Below are positions 44,029-53,558 of a stretch of 64,000 nucleotides of DNA, in pieces. The position numbers and the translations under genes were made by a program. Source of the DNA: an uncultured Acidobacteriota bacterium (GTDB lineage: Bacteria > Acidobacteriota > UBA6911); contig CAWJKZ010000010.1 in NCBI GenBank assembly GCA_963843575.1, forward strand, positions 544,001 to 608,000. The letters run 5' to 3'. How positions within the stretch are numbered: the stretch's first letter is position 1; each line of letters opens with the position of its first letter. The notes under the pieces are model-generated. The model was not told where the DNA came from, did no database searches, and worked only from the letters and a program-made list of their open reading frames with translations.

Positions 44029-45264
44029 TTATTCCAGGGTGGCCGCGGGGGCCCACAAGCGTTCGAGGTAGGGACCGTTGGAGCCCAGCAGCGGCTGCAG
44101 GTAGCTGCGGAAGGCGTCGGTGACGCCGTTGCCTTCGGCATTGATGAACTCGTCGGGCATGTAACGGGTCTTGGCCGCCATGTCTTCGAGTTTCGCCAGG
44201 TCGTAGCGGACGGCGTAATCGCCCATCCGCAGGATCACGACGGAGCCGTCGACGTTGTGCCAGCAGGCGAAGTGCGCGGCCTTCTCCCCCACTTCGCGCG
44301 CCTCGCGCGCGTCGACGTTGGAGCAGACGCCGGGGAAGGAACGCTGCAGGTAGCCGAACGTATCCGACCGGACACGCTTGATCTTGAGCTGCTTCTGCAC
44401 CACGTCGGCGAGTTCATCGGCCAGGGCGCCGCCGGAGAGCTGGATGTTGCCGTGCGCGTCGACCTGCGGCTCGCGGCCGCCCTTGCTCATCAGGTCGGCG
44501 GCCAGCGGGACCTTTTTCCCCTTCTCGTTGCGGCTCGCCCAGACGCCTTCGGACAGGGCGACGATGCAACGCTTGTGTTTGCGGAAGACGCGGTCCACGT
44601 CGGCCAGGTACTGGTCGATCGAGAACTGGCGCTCCGGCAAGTAGACCAGGTGCGGGCCGTCATCCTCGTGCTTGCGGGCGAGCGCGGAGGCCGCGGTCAG
44701 CCAGCCGGCGTGCCGCCCCATGACCACCCCGATGTAGACGCCGGGGAGGGACAGGTTGTCGGCGTTGACGCCGCTGAAGGCCGAGGAGACAAACAGGGCC
44801 GCGGACGGGTAGCCGGGGCAGTGATCGGTGATCGGCAGGTCGTTGTCGACCGTTTTCGGGATGTGGATCGAACGGAGCTCGTACCCCTCGTTGGCCGCGC
44901 TTTCGTTCACGATCCGGACGGTGTCGGCCGAGTCGTTGCCGCCGATGTAGAAGAAATAACGAACGTCGTATTTCTTGAACACGTCGTAGATCTTCCCGCA
45001 ATACTCGGCATCGGGCTTGTCGCGCGTCGACCCGAGGGCGGATGAAGGCGTGTTAGCCACGAGTTCCAGGTTGTGGGTCGTGGCCTCGCTCAGGTCGAGG
45101 AACCGTTCCTCGACGATCCCGCGCACGCCGTGCACGGCGCCCCAGACGCGGGTGATCTCCGGGAACTTCCGCATCTCGATGACGGCGCCCACCAGGCTCT
45201 GATTGATCACCGCCGTCGGACCGCCCCCCTGCGCGATGACGACCTTCCCCTTGAGTCGACTCAT
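44029..45264 (-). CDS. pfp: Phosphofructokinase, probably PPi-dependent
   Basis: QGGGPTAVIN, IGGNDS (Asp specificity position), PKTVDND, MGRHAGW, GYLQR. Confidence 0.9.
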   Translation of the reverse strand: MSRLKGKVVIAQGGGPTAVINQSLVGAVIEMRKFPEITRVWGAVHGVRGIVEERFLDLSEATTHNLELVANTPSSALGSTRDKPDAEYCGKIYDVFKKYDVRYFFYIGGNDSADTVRIVNESAANEGYELRSIHIPKTVDNDLPITDHCPGYPSAALFVSSAFSGVNADNLSLPGVYIGVVMGRHAGWLTAASALARKHEDDGPHLVYLPERQFSIDQYLADVDRVFRKHKRCIVALSEGVWASRNEKGKKVPLAADLMSKGGREPQVDAHGNIQLSGGALADELADVVQKQLKIKRVRSDTFGYLQRSFPGVCSNVDAREAREVGEKAAHFACWHNVDGSVVILRMGDYAVRYDLAKLEDMAAKTRYMPDEFINAEGNGVTDAFRSYLQPLLGSNGPYLERLWAPAATLE

Positions 45265-45368
45265 TATTCTCTCCTCCTGCCATGGGTTAAAAGTGCTGTT
45301 GCCGTTGCTTTAAAACTTTTTATCATCCACGATTTCGCCCCCGCGCGCAAGGATCGAGGTATCATCCT

Positions 45369-45729
45369 CTGCGATTCAGACACTGGGGATCCTGCAAGCT
45401 TCCTGGAACGCGGATTCTCGCGGATTTACGTTGTAGCTTAGGGCTCGCGCCAAAATATGAACTTAACCCTAAGTTTGCTCTGATCCGTGTGCAAAGCTCG
45501 ACGGGGCGCTCTGGATGTGGTTCTCCGGGGTGGGGTGGCGGCAAACGCTCTCGTGCCAGGCCGGACCCGCACTCCAAGCTCCAGTGCGCTTGCCGCCACC
45601 CCACCCCGGAGAACCACCCGGCGCTTTGCGCCGGCCGCTGTGCGGCATCCAGGGCGCCCCGTCGAGCTTTGCCAGCGTTCGTCCGCGTCCGAGGGATTTT
45701 GAGTCGCCTGCGCACTGTCTGAACCGCAG
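45369..45729. mobile_element. 361-bp MITE with 17-bp terminal inverted repeats and a 10-bp target duplication
   Basis: TIRs CTGCGATTCAGACACTG / CACTGTCTGAACCGCAG (15/17). GTATCATCCT flanks both sides (45359-45368 and 45730-45739). Confidence 0.8.
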
Positions 45730-45764
45730 GTATCATCCTGTATCATCCTCGGGGAGGAACAACG

Positions 45765-46749
45765 ATGCAGAAACGCAAGCTGGGCGGCGAACTTGGTCGT
45801 GTCGGCCCTCGGATTGGGCTGCATGGGGATGTCGGAGTTCTACGGGACCGGCGACGAGGCGGAATCGCTCCGCACGATCCACCGCGCGCTCGATCTCGGT
45901 GTCGATTTCCTGGACACCGCCGACATGTACGGCAGCGGCCGCAACGAGGAGCTGGTCGGGCGCGCCCTGCGCGGCCGCCGCGCGCAGGTAGTGCTGGCGA
46001 CGAAATTCGGCAACGTGCGCGGCCCCAACGGCGAGTTCCTCGGCATCAGCGGCACCCCGGATTACGTGCGCCGAGCCTGCGACGCGAGCCTCCGGCGCCT
46101 CGGGGTAGAGACGATCGACTTGTACTATCAGCACCGCGTTGACCCGGCCACGCCCATAGAGGACACAGTCGGCGCCATGGCGGAGCTCGTGCGCGCCGGC
46201 AAGGTCCGGTATCTCGGCCTGTCCGAGGCCGCGCCGGCCACCCTGCGCCGGGCTTGTGCCGTTTATCCGATCGCGGCGCTGCAGACGGAGTACTCGCTCT
46301 GGAGCCGCGATCCCGAGGCGGAGATCCTCGCGGCCTGCCGGACCCTGGGCGTCGGCTTCGTGGCGTACAGCCCGCTCGGCCGCGGTTTCCTGACGGGCCG
46401 CTTTGCCCGACCCGAGGACCTGCCCGAAGACGACTGGCGCCGTCACCACCCGCGCTTCGAGGGGGAGAACTTCCGGCGGAACCTGCGGCTCGCCGACACG
46501 GTCCGGCGGATGGCGCACGGGAAGGGGCGCACGCCGGCCCAGCTCGCGCTCGCCTGGGTCCTCTCCCGGGGCGAAGACGTCGTTCCGATTCCCGGGACCA
46601 AGCGCGTGCGTTACCTGGAAGAAAACCTGGGTGCACTCGACGTCCAGCTGGACGACGGCGACCTGCGGGGTCTGGAAGACGCCTTCCCGCCCGGCGCCGC
46701 CTCCGGCGAGCGCTACCACCCCCAGGGCATGCAGAGCCTCAACCGCTAG
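45765..46749 (+). CDS. Aldo/keto reductase (frameshift at about 45790)
   Basis: [42 protein letters not shown]. Confidence 0.95.
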
Positions 46750-46942
46750 TTGCCCAGGGGGCCGCAGCGGGCCGCCGCGACCCACGGGCACAACGTGGAC
46801 TTGGAGTTACAGCCGGAGACTGATACAATCTATCCCGTTCCGCGAACCTCGTGCCGGCACTGGAACCGGGGGAGCGAATTTTAACACCATCATGGGGCTG
46901 AGTGTGCGACTTGGCTCAAATGGAGTCAGGGAGCACACCGTA

Positions 46943-48163
46943 GTGAATTTCGATCAATTCTCCTTCAACCCGCAGATCTCGGCAGCCATCAGCGCCATCG
47001 GCTTTTCCAAGCCGACTCCGATTCAGAAAGAGGCCATCCCGGTGGTGCTTCAAGGGCGTGATTGCCTGGGGTTGGCGCAGACCGGCACCGGTAAGACGGC
47101 GGCCTACGTCTTACCGACATTGCAGCGGCTGAGCAAGGGCCCCTCGGGCCGTGTGCGCGCCCTGGTCGTGGCCCCCACGCGCGAGCTGGCGCAGCAGATC
47201 CACCAGGCGATCTCCGACCTCGGCCGGGGCAGCCGCGTGCGCAGCGCGGCCATCTACGGGGGTGTGAGCAAGCGTGGTCAACTCGGCGCGCTGCGCCGTG
47301 GAGTCGACATCGTGGTGGCCTGCCCCGGCCGCCTGCTTGACCACGTCGACTGCGGCGACCTCGACCTGTCCTCGGTGGAGATCCTGGTGATCGACGAGGC
47401 CGACCGGATGTGTGACATGGGTTTCCTGCCGGACATCCGGCGCATCCTGCTGAACCTGCCTGCGCGGCGCCAGACCCTGCTGTTTTCGGCCACGATGCCC
47501 GCGGACATCCGCCTCTTGGCCGGCAACATCCTCAAGGACCCGGTCCACGTCCAGATCGGGCACATGGCGCCGGTCGAGACGGTCTCGCACGCGCTGTATC
47601 CCGTGTCGGAGGCCCTGAAGCCGAAACTGCTCCTCGAGGTGCTGAGCCGGACGCCGGCAGGACGTGTCCTGGTCTTCACACGGACGAAACGCCGGGCGCA
47701 CAACCTTGCGGCCAACCTCGCCAAGAGCGGCTACCGCGTCTCCGCGCTGCAGGGGAACATGACGCAGAACCGCCGGCAGGCGGCCATCGACGGGTTCCGC
47801 GACGGGCGATTCGATATCCTGGTCGCCACCGACGTCGCCGCCCGAGGCATCGACGTGTCGGAAATATCCCACGTGATCAACTTCGACATGCCCGACACCG
47901 CCGACGCGTACACACACCGGATCGGGCGCACGGGGCGCGCCCACCACACCGGCGAGGCGTTCACCTTCACCGCCCAGACGGACGAGGGGATCGTGCGGCA
48001 GATCGAGAAGGTCCTGGGCGCGAACATCGAGCGGCGGCACCTGCCCGGCTTCGCGCCTGCGGGGCCCCTCCCGCAGGTGTCCCTACCGACCGAGTCCCAA
48101 CCCCGGCGGCGCCACTTCCAGTTGAGCGTTTCCGCTCGGCGCCGGCGGGCGCGTCGAACATAG
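46943..48163 (+). CDS. DEAD-box RNA helicase (RhlE-like)
   Basis: PTPIQ, AQTGTGKT, PTRELA, DEAD, SAT, ARGID, HRIGRTGRA. Confidence 0.96.
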   Translation: MNFDQFSFNPQISAAISAIGFSKPTPIQKEAIPVVLQGRDCLGLAQTGTGKTAAYVLPTLQRLSKGPSGRVRALVVAPTRELAQQIHQAISDLGRGSRVRSAAIYGGVSKRGQLGALRRGVDIVVACPGRLLDHVDCGDLDLSSVEILVIDEADRMCDMGFLPDIRRILLNLPARRQTLLFSATMPADIRLLAGNILKDPVHVQIGHMAPVETVSHALYPVSEALKPKLLLEVLSRTPAGRVLVFTRTKRRAHNLAANLAKSGYRVSALQGNMTQNRRQAAIDGFRDGRFDILVATDVAARGIDVSEISHVINFDMPDTADAYTHRIGRTGRAHHTGEAFTFTAQTDEGIVRQIEKVLGANIERRHLPGFAPAGPLPQVSLPTESQPRRRHFQLSVSARRRRARRT

Positions 48164-48177
48164 CAGAGGAGAACACC

Positions 48178-48354
48178 ATGGCTACAAAAAGACCGTCGTT
48201 CCTGAAGCGGCAGAAAGAGCAAAAACGAGCCGCGCGAGCCCTCGAGAAACGCGAAGCGCGCCGCGCGCGCAAGCAGGACAAACCCGGCACCCCCAACCCC
48301 GAGGAAACGGAAGTATTCGACCCGGGTACCGCCGACTCCACACCCCCCGAGTGA
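48178..48354 (+). CDS. Small basic protein (58 aa)
   Basis: GAGGAG RBS; MATKRPSFLKRQKEQKRAARALEKREARRARK...; followed by a hairpin. Absent from the ORF track. Confidence 0.75.
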   Translation: MATKRPSFLKRQKEQKRAARALEKREARRARKQDKPGTPNPEETEVFDPGTADSTPPE

Positions 48355-48367
48355 AGTTCCGGAAAGT

Positions 48368-48393
48368 GGGCGGGGGCGGCCCGCCCCCGCCTT
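48368..48393 (+). terminator. Putative terminator hairpin
   Basis: GGCGGGGGCGG-c-CCGCCCCCGCC followed by TT. Confidence 0.55.
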
Positions 48394-48548
48394 GCTGAAC
48401 GTTTCGCAAACCCTACGAGAGTCTATGAGTCCCTGGAGTGAGGTAAGCCCTCGTCTCGTCGGTGAGCGAAAGTCCGAGCCGCGTTGTGCGGCGGCTGAAC
48501 TGGTCATCCCATCCCTTAAAGCTGTTGCCTGACGTATTGTTGGGGCAG

Positions 48549-48648
48549 AACGCGGATATCCGCGGATTTCACCGATTCAAGCCGATCTACCGGGCGCGGC
48601 CTGTCACCAGGTCAGTATCTGCGTGTATCCGCGCAAACCTGCGTTCTG
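48549..48648. repeat. Family C palindromic repeat
   Basis: AACGCGGATATCCGCGGATTTCACCGAT...ATCTGCGTGTATCCGCGCAAACCTGCGTT. Confidence 0.75.
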
Positions 48649-48698
48649 GAAACGCATCGGCTACCCGCTGGAACTCCCAGCGTTTCCCCTTGTCGCCC

Positions 48699-48959
48699 CT
48701 ACGGGTTCGTCGGGTCGAGCCTCTTAAGCTTTTCGAAATTGGAAAAGGCGGTTTCGATGGCTTCAAGAGAAGTATCATCTCCACTTACTGCTTCGATCCT
48801 CTCCAGTTTCGCGTTCACCTTGGTCAGTTCGGCCCCAAGAGAGTGAATGCCTTTCGCTAACTTCTCGATAGCTCTGCAAATCCCGAAGAGGCAGCCAATC
48901 GCGCAGATTGCCATCACAAATAAAACGGTTATCTGCCAGGTGGACATTCCGGTCCTCAC
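48699..48959 (-). CDS. Small membrane protein (TM helix plus coiled coil)
   Basis: Hydrophobic N-terminus followed by a heptad pattern; lower GC than surroundings. Confidence 0.6.
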   Translation of the reverse strand: MRTGMSTWQITVLFVMAICAIGCLFGICRAIEKLAKGIHSLGAELTKVNAKLERIEAVSGDDTSLEAIETAFSNFEKLKRLDPTNP

Positions 48960-49148
48960 AGCTTATGAATCAATGCGGCATGGTCGCGCCTTGTGTCCCT
49001 TTATCATTTCGGCTCGTTTACCTGGTTTAGATCACTTTATTTGGCTCGGCGCCTTGCTGCCTTTTCCGGGGGGGCTTGTCGGAGCCCGAAATGCTATCGT
49101 AATTGCGGAAGCCGGGATCTAATCGATCTGACGGCGAATCACACGAGG

Positions 49149-49586
49149 GTGACCAGCGTGAAGAAAAGCGTTTTGTTTCTGTGTACCGGGAACTCCTGCC
49201 GCAGCCAGATGGCTGAAGGCCTCCTGCGACATCTGGCGGGCGACCGTTACGATGTCGCGAGCGCCGGGACGCAGCCCGGCAACCTGAATCCCGAAGCCGT
49301 GGAAATCATGCGGGAAATAGGTGTGGATATTTCGGGGCACCGCTCGAAGTCCGTCGAGGAGTTCCTTGATCGTGAGTTCGATCATGTGATCACGGTGTGC
49401 GATCATGCCCGGGCTTCATGCCCCATCTTTCCCGCGAGCGTGACCAATCTGCATTGGAGCCTGGAGGATCCTGCTGCCGCAAGCGGTTCGCCCGAGCACA
49501 GGCAGACCGTATTTCGCCGCGTGCGTGACGAAATTGCCAGCCGGCTCCGCGAATTCCTGATCAACCCGGCGGGGGACCCTTCCTGA
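49149..49586 (+). CDS. arsC: Arsenate reductase, LMW-PTP/thioredoxin-coupled type
   Basis: LFLCTGNSCRSQMAEG, VITVCD...CP, HWSLEDP, FRRVRDEI. Confidence 0.93.
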   Translation: MTSVKKSVLFLCTGNSCRSQMAEGLLRHLAGDRYDVASAGTQPGNLNPEAVEIMREIGVDISGHRSKSVEEFLDREFDHVITVCDHARASCPIFPASVTNLHWSLEDPAAASGSPEHRQTVFRRVRDEIASRLREFLINPAGDPS

Positions 49587-49628
49587 CCGATCCGTGCCCC
49601 ACCCGGGAGCGGGTGAGCGCAGTCACTA

Positions 49629-49733
49629 ATGAGGAATGATCAGTTGCGCAGAATGCTGGCTGTCACAAATGCCCTGGCAGACAAAGGCCGCGTGCGGACT
49701 GTCACGCCCTCCACAGGGTGCCTGGCCTCCTGA
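49629..49733 (+). pseudogene. N-terminal remnant of an ArsR-family regulator
   Basis: MRNDQLRRMLAVTNALADKGRVR matches ArsR helix 1 (ALADxxR); similarity then stops. Confidence 0.5.
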
Positions 49734-49743
49734 AACAGTTCCG

Positions 49744-50436
49744 TCAGAACAACTCGAGAATGTGATCGAACGTGTAGTAGAGGCCGACGGCAATAAAAAC
49801 CGCTCCAGTGGCACGCCGCGCCCATCGCTCGATTTCGCCGAGCCTGTTCAGCGCGGCGCTTAGTGACTGGGCCCCGGCAGCCAGCCCGATCGCAAACAGC
49901 GCCACCGGCAGTCCGGTCCCGATGCCGTACAGGACCGGCAGGACGATCCGGGAATCCGCCTTCAGCGAGAGGGGTATCAGGCTCCCGAAAGAAAAGCGCC
50001 GCCGATACCGGGCAGAACGTCAGCGCAAAGATCATGCCCAGCAGTCCCGCCCCCCAGGTTCCCCAGTGTTGGGCGCGATCCTGCAAAGAACTGCTCACCA
50101 GGGAAGTGCTGAAATTGAAGCGGAGCAAGTCGAGCAGGAACATGCCGACCAGTATCAGGATCGGTCCGATCAGACGGTTCATCCAATACTGGAGACGCCA
50201 TCGAGACCTGTGGGATCGACAGCACGCTGCCGACGAGCAGCGCTCCCAGCGCCGCATAGGTCAGGGTTCGGCCGACCGTGTACAGCATCCCCGTCCAGAA
50301 AACCCGGGCCGGCGATGCGACGTCGCGACTTATAAAGGAAATCGCGACGAGATTCGTGGCCAGCGGGCACGGGCTGATCGAGGTCAGGATGCCCAGCCAG
50401 GCAGCGGTCGCCGCCGGAAGGAGAGGAAGGCTCCAC
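49744..50436 (-). CDS. arsG: ArsG-family / CcdA-like membrane protein (about 3 frameshifts)
   Basis: WLGILTSISPCPLATN, YTVGRT, FALTFCPVSAALFF, GSLIPL, YGIGTGLPV. Confidence 0.82.
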
Positions 50437-50932
50437 TACTTCTTCTCCAGGTAGCCGCGGACTCCGTGCTGAACATACCGCAAGGAACGCGTCGTGATCG
50501 CCCGTCAGTTCCCAGACCCGGGTCAGGTTGGTCCACTCCACCTGCTTGCCGTCTTTCATGCGGACCAGGACGAGCGACTTGGTGACCAGCTTGTAGTCCT
50601 GCATGAAATGCTGGTTTTCAGGAGTCTCGACGTTGACGAGCCGGAACTCCAGCTTGCCGTCCGCCAGTTCCCGCGCAAATCCCGTGTCGATCGCCTCCCT
50701 CGAATACGCCTCGATGCGCCGGCACGTCGGGCAGCGGTAGTTCGTGTGGAAATAGTAGGCGACGATCTTGTCGGCTTGCGCTTTGGGCGCGGGTGCCGCT
50801 GCCTGGGATCCCCTCCTGCGCAGCCACGGGATCCGGGGTGGTCCACCGCCGTGATTCCTTGACGGCGAGAAAAACAACGCTCACAAGAACAAAGGCAAGA
50901 AGTGCTGTTTTGATGATGGATTTTGAGCTCAT
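50436..50932 (-). CDS. arsF: ArsF-family exported thioredoxin-like protein (2 frameshifts)
   Basis: N-terminal TM; VAYYFHTNYRCPTCRRIE, NQHFMQDYKLVTKSLVL, WTNLTRVW. Confidence 0.82.
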
Positions 50933-50997
50933 TGGAGCATTCCTCAGAAATCGATACGGATCGTTCCGTGTTCAAGCTGGTTCATGTCGCAGCCCGC

Positions 50998-51243
50998 TCA
51001 GGCGGACAGCGCAATATCCAGCAATAGCCTGCTGATGGAGAGGCGATAGCACGTTTCGTGCTCTTCGCACGTCACGCATCGACGCCATGCTTTTTCGTCG
51101 ACCGAAACCGAGCGGTCCGTAGGCATCATCCCCGGACGCTCAACCCGATAGCTGAGCACCTTGCCGGCCACCGTGACATTGTCGGGGTGCCTGATCACAG
51201 GCGGGAACATCTTTCCATAGCAATCCTTTTCTGCGTTTGCCAT
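50998..51243 (-). CDS. Small Cys-rich hypothetical protein (81 aa)
   Basis: GGAGGA RBS; DCYGKMFP...WRRCVTCEEHETCYRLS. Confidence 0.8.
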   Translation of the reverse strand: MANAEKDCYGKMFPPVIRHPDNVTVAGKVLSYRVERPGMMPTDRSVSVDEKAWRRCVTCEEHETCYRLSISRLLLDIALSA

Positions 51244-51296
51244 GGTCTATCCTCCGGTGCCGGCTGCTCAGGTTGCGGTTTTGTACGACCGTACGC

Positions 51297-51552
51297 TCAA
51301 CCCTTCGCGGCCATGGCGTTTGTCAGCCACGTGGTAACCTCTGCCGCCGTGGGGATGCGTCCCGCGCATACAACCTTCTCGTCGATCACGAGACCCGGGC
51401 GTGGCCAGAATCTGGTACTTACGAATTTGCGGGAAATCCGTGACCTTGGCGATCTCGGCTTCGGCGCCCAAGTCGGTCACGGCTTTCCGGGCAATATCCG
51501 CGACCTTGACGCAGTTCGAGCAACCCGGACCGAGCACTTTGATCGAAATCAT
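51297..51552 (-). CDS. MTH895/ArsE-family small thioredoxin-like protein (frameshift at about 51395)
   Basis: [11 protein letters not shown]...[20 protein letters not shown]. Confidence 0.88.
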
Positions 51553-51569
51553 TTCATCCTCCCAGAAAA

Positions 51570-52350
51570 TCAGTTCTTCAGCTTGGCGTACAAGCCCTCG
51601 AGCCTGGCGTGATAAGCCGCCTTGATATTTCCTTCCTCTTCCCCCAGCGGCTTAACCGGGATCAGATCCATTACTTCTTCAGCCGTCAGGCCCGATCCAA
51701 ACAGGGTTCTTTCAGCGCCGGCCACCATCTCGGAGGTACCGGTTTGCGCCTCCTCGCGCGACAGCCCGAAGGATTCGGCAATTGCCTGCAGCTCGCGGAG
51801 CTGAAACCAGAGGTAGGTGGGGCCCATGGCTGTGAGAATGGCGTACGCTTCCAGCTTGCCTTCATCCACCTCCGGGCACTTGCCCAGGGGCCTCAGCAAA
51901 GCGGATATCTCCGCTCTTTTCGCTTCGGCCCAATCCGCTCGAGAAGGAAACAGGATTGAATCCCTCGCCGATGATGGACGGGGCGTTGGGGATCATGCGG
52001 ACTATGCGGCCGAAGCCGCCCAGCATGCCGGCGAGTTTGGCAGCCGTCAGCTTCGGAGCCAGGGAGATCAGGATCGCATCCGGTTTCAGGCAATCCTTGA
52101 TTTCGCCCAGGCAGCCCCCCAGTGCCGGCGGATGCAGTGCCGCGAAAACCAGATCCTGCCCTGCCGCCGCTTTGTTGTCGTTGTGGGCAATCTGGATCTC
52201 CGGGTACTTCGCCTTCAGCCGCTCCAGGACATCCAGGCTGATGTCGCTGACGACGACGTTCGCCGGCATTTGCCCGGCTTTCTTCAACCCGCCCAGGATG
52301 ATGTGCGCTACCCTTCCCCCGCCGATGAAACCAACGCTCTTCGCTGTCAT
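51570..52350 (-). CDS. Pyrroline-5-carboxylate reductase-like NAD(P)-dependent oxidoreductase (frameshift at about 51912)
   Basis: [28 protein letters not shown]. Lacks the canonical ProC SPGGTT motif. Confidence 0.82.
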
Positions 52351-52847
52351 GGATTTCTCCTTGCAGGTAGTGCCGCATTGCCGGCCTCGCCGGCTCCAGC
52401 AATGATGTCGATTTGAGGTTCGACGACGATTTCCGACTTGATCGAATTCGCGACCAGGCTGTACTTCACCGCGCTTTCGAGCGCCCGCTGCACGCGCTTC
52501 CGTGTCTCTTCCGATTGGGCCGCAGCCGCGCGCACAACGATTCGGGGAGCGAGGGCGACCTTGGTGAAGATCTCCGTCCGGTCCAGCTCGATTCGCTTGG
52601 TGCCTTCCGCGGCGCACTCATAGGAGACGAGGTCCAGCTTGAACCGCTCGGTCGCCCAGATGAACATCATCATGACGCAGGTGTTGACCGCTGCCACAAA
52701 GGCGTCTTCCGGGGTGAGGACCCCGGCATGCCCATGAGCGTCGGGAGGGGCCGAGAAATCCATCTCGGGACCATTTCCCATCCGGATATGCCCCCAGTGT
52801 TCGCCTTTCCAGTGAACGGTCGTGCGGTAAAGAGCCGTGCGGGTCAT
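52347..52847 (-). CDS. OsmC/Ohr-family protein lacking the canonical second Cys
   Basis: SAPP..G...TPEDAFVAAVNTC; the second motif reads KYSLVANSIK. Confidence 0.85.
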   Translation of the reverse strand: MTRTALYRTTVHWKGEHWGHIRMGNGPEMDFSAPPDAHGHAGVLTPEDAFVAAVNTCVMMMFIWATERFKLDLVSYECAAEGTKRIELDRTEIFTKVALAPRIVVRAAAAQSEETRKRVQRALESAVKYSLVANSIKSEIVVEPQIDIIAGAGEAGNAALPARRNP

Positions 52848-53558
52848 TCTCCCTCCGCGCTGTAGGAGGCATAGGCACGGCCGAGCGCCAGCTTCCAGAA
52901 GGCCTCGGCGCCCTCGGGCACCTGGTTGTAGAGCCGCACGGTCTCGAGCAACTCCGCGGCCGTTTCGTCACTGGCAGGTTTGGCAGCTTCGCGGAACATT
53001 TCGAGGATTAGAGGCAATGCCAGGACCTCGACTTGGCGCCCATCGATCTCGAGGACTTTGACGGGCACTCCTGAACCGCAGGAGCAGGTGGCGGTCGGTT
53101 TTTCGTTCGCCGGCGCGGCATCCGCGGCCTGTCCTTGCGTCCTGTCCCAAGGGATTCCGAGCAGCCGGTCGACCTGGCCCGCAATCTCAGCGGCAACGGC
53201 GTTTACGGCGTCCATGCCGGCCGCGTTCAGATCGGCGCGCCGTCCCGAGTTGTCCCGCCGCGGTCGGACACAGATCGTTTACCACGATGGAGGCGGCCGG
53301 TCTTGCGCTGTACATTTCGGTGCCCCGGGCGGCGCATCGCTTTTCACAACCGTCGATCGCTATGGTCGGGTAAAACCGGGCGAACGCTCGATCCCCCTCG
53401 CCCCCTGCGAGAAACAGCGGGAGGCATATGGTGACGGTGGCGTCCGGGCGCAGGGACTCCAGGACCTTGAGGGTTGCGAGCCGGGTGACGGTGCCTTCGG
53501 CCATTTCTTCGCCCGAACACGACACGAGACCCACTTTCCGTTTGGGCAGTTCAGGCAT
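52844..53558 (-). CDS. DGC-domain zinc-binding protein with C-terminal CxC extension (frameshift at about 53228)
   Basis: VSCSG, TICLP, IDGCEKRCA; continues as LNAAGMDAV...ATCSCGSG in the next frame. Confidence 0.85.
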
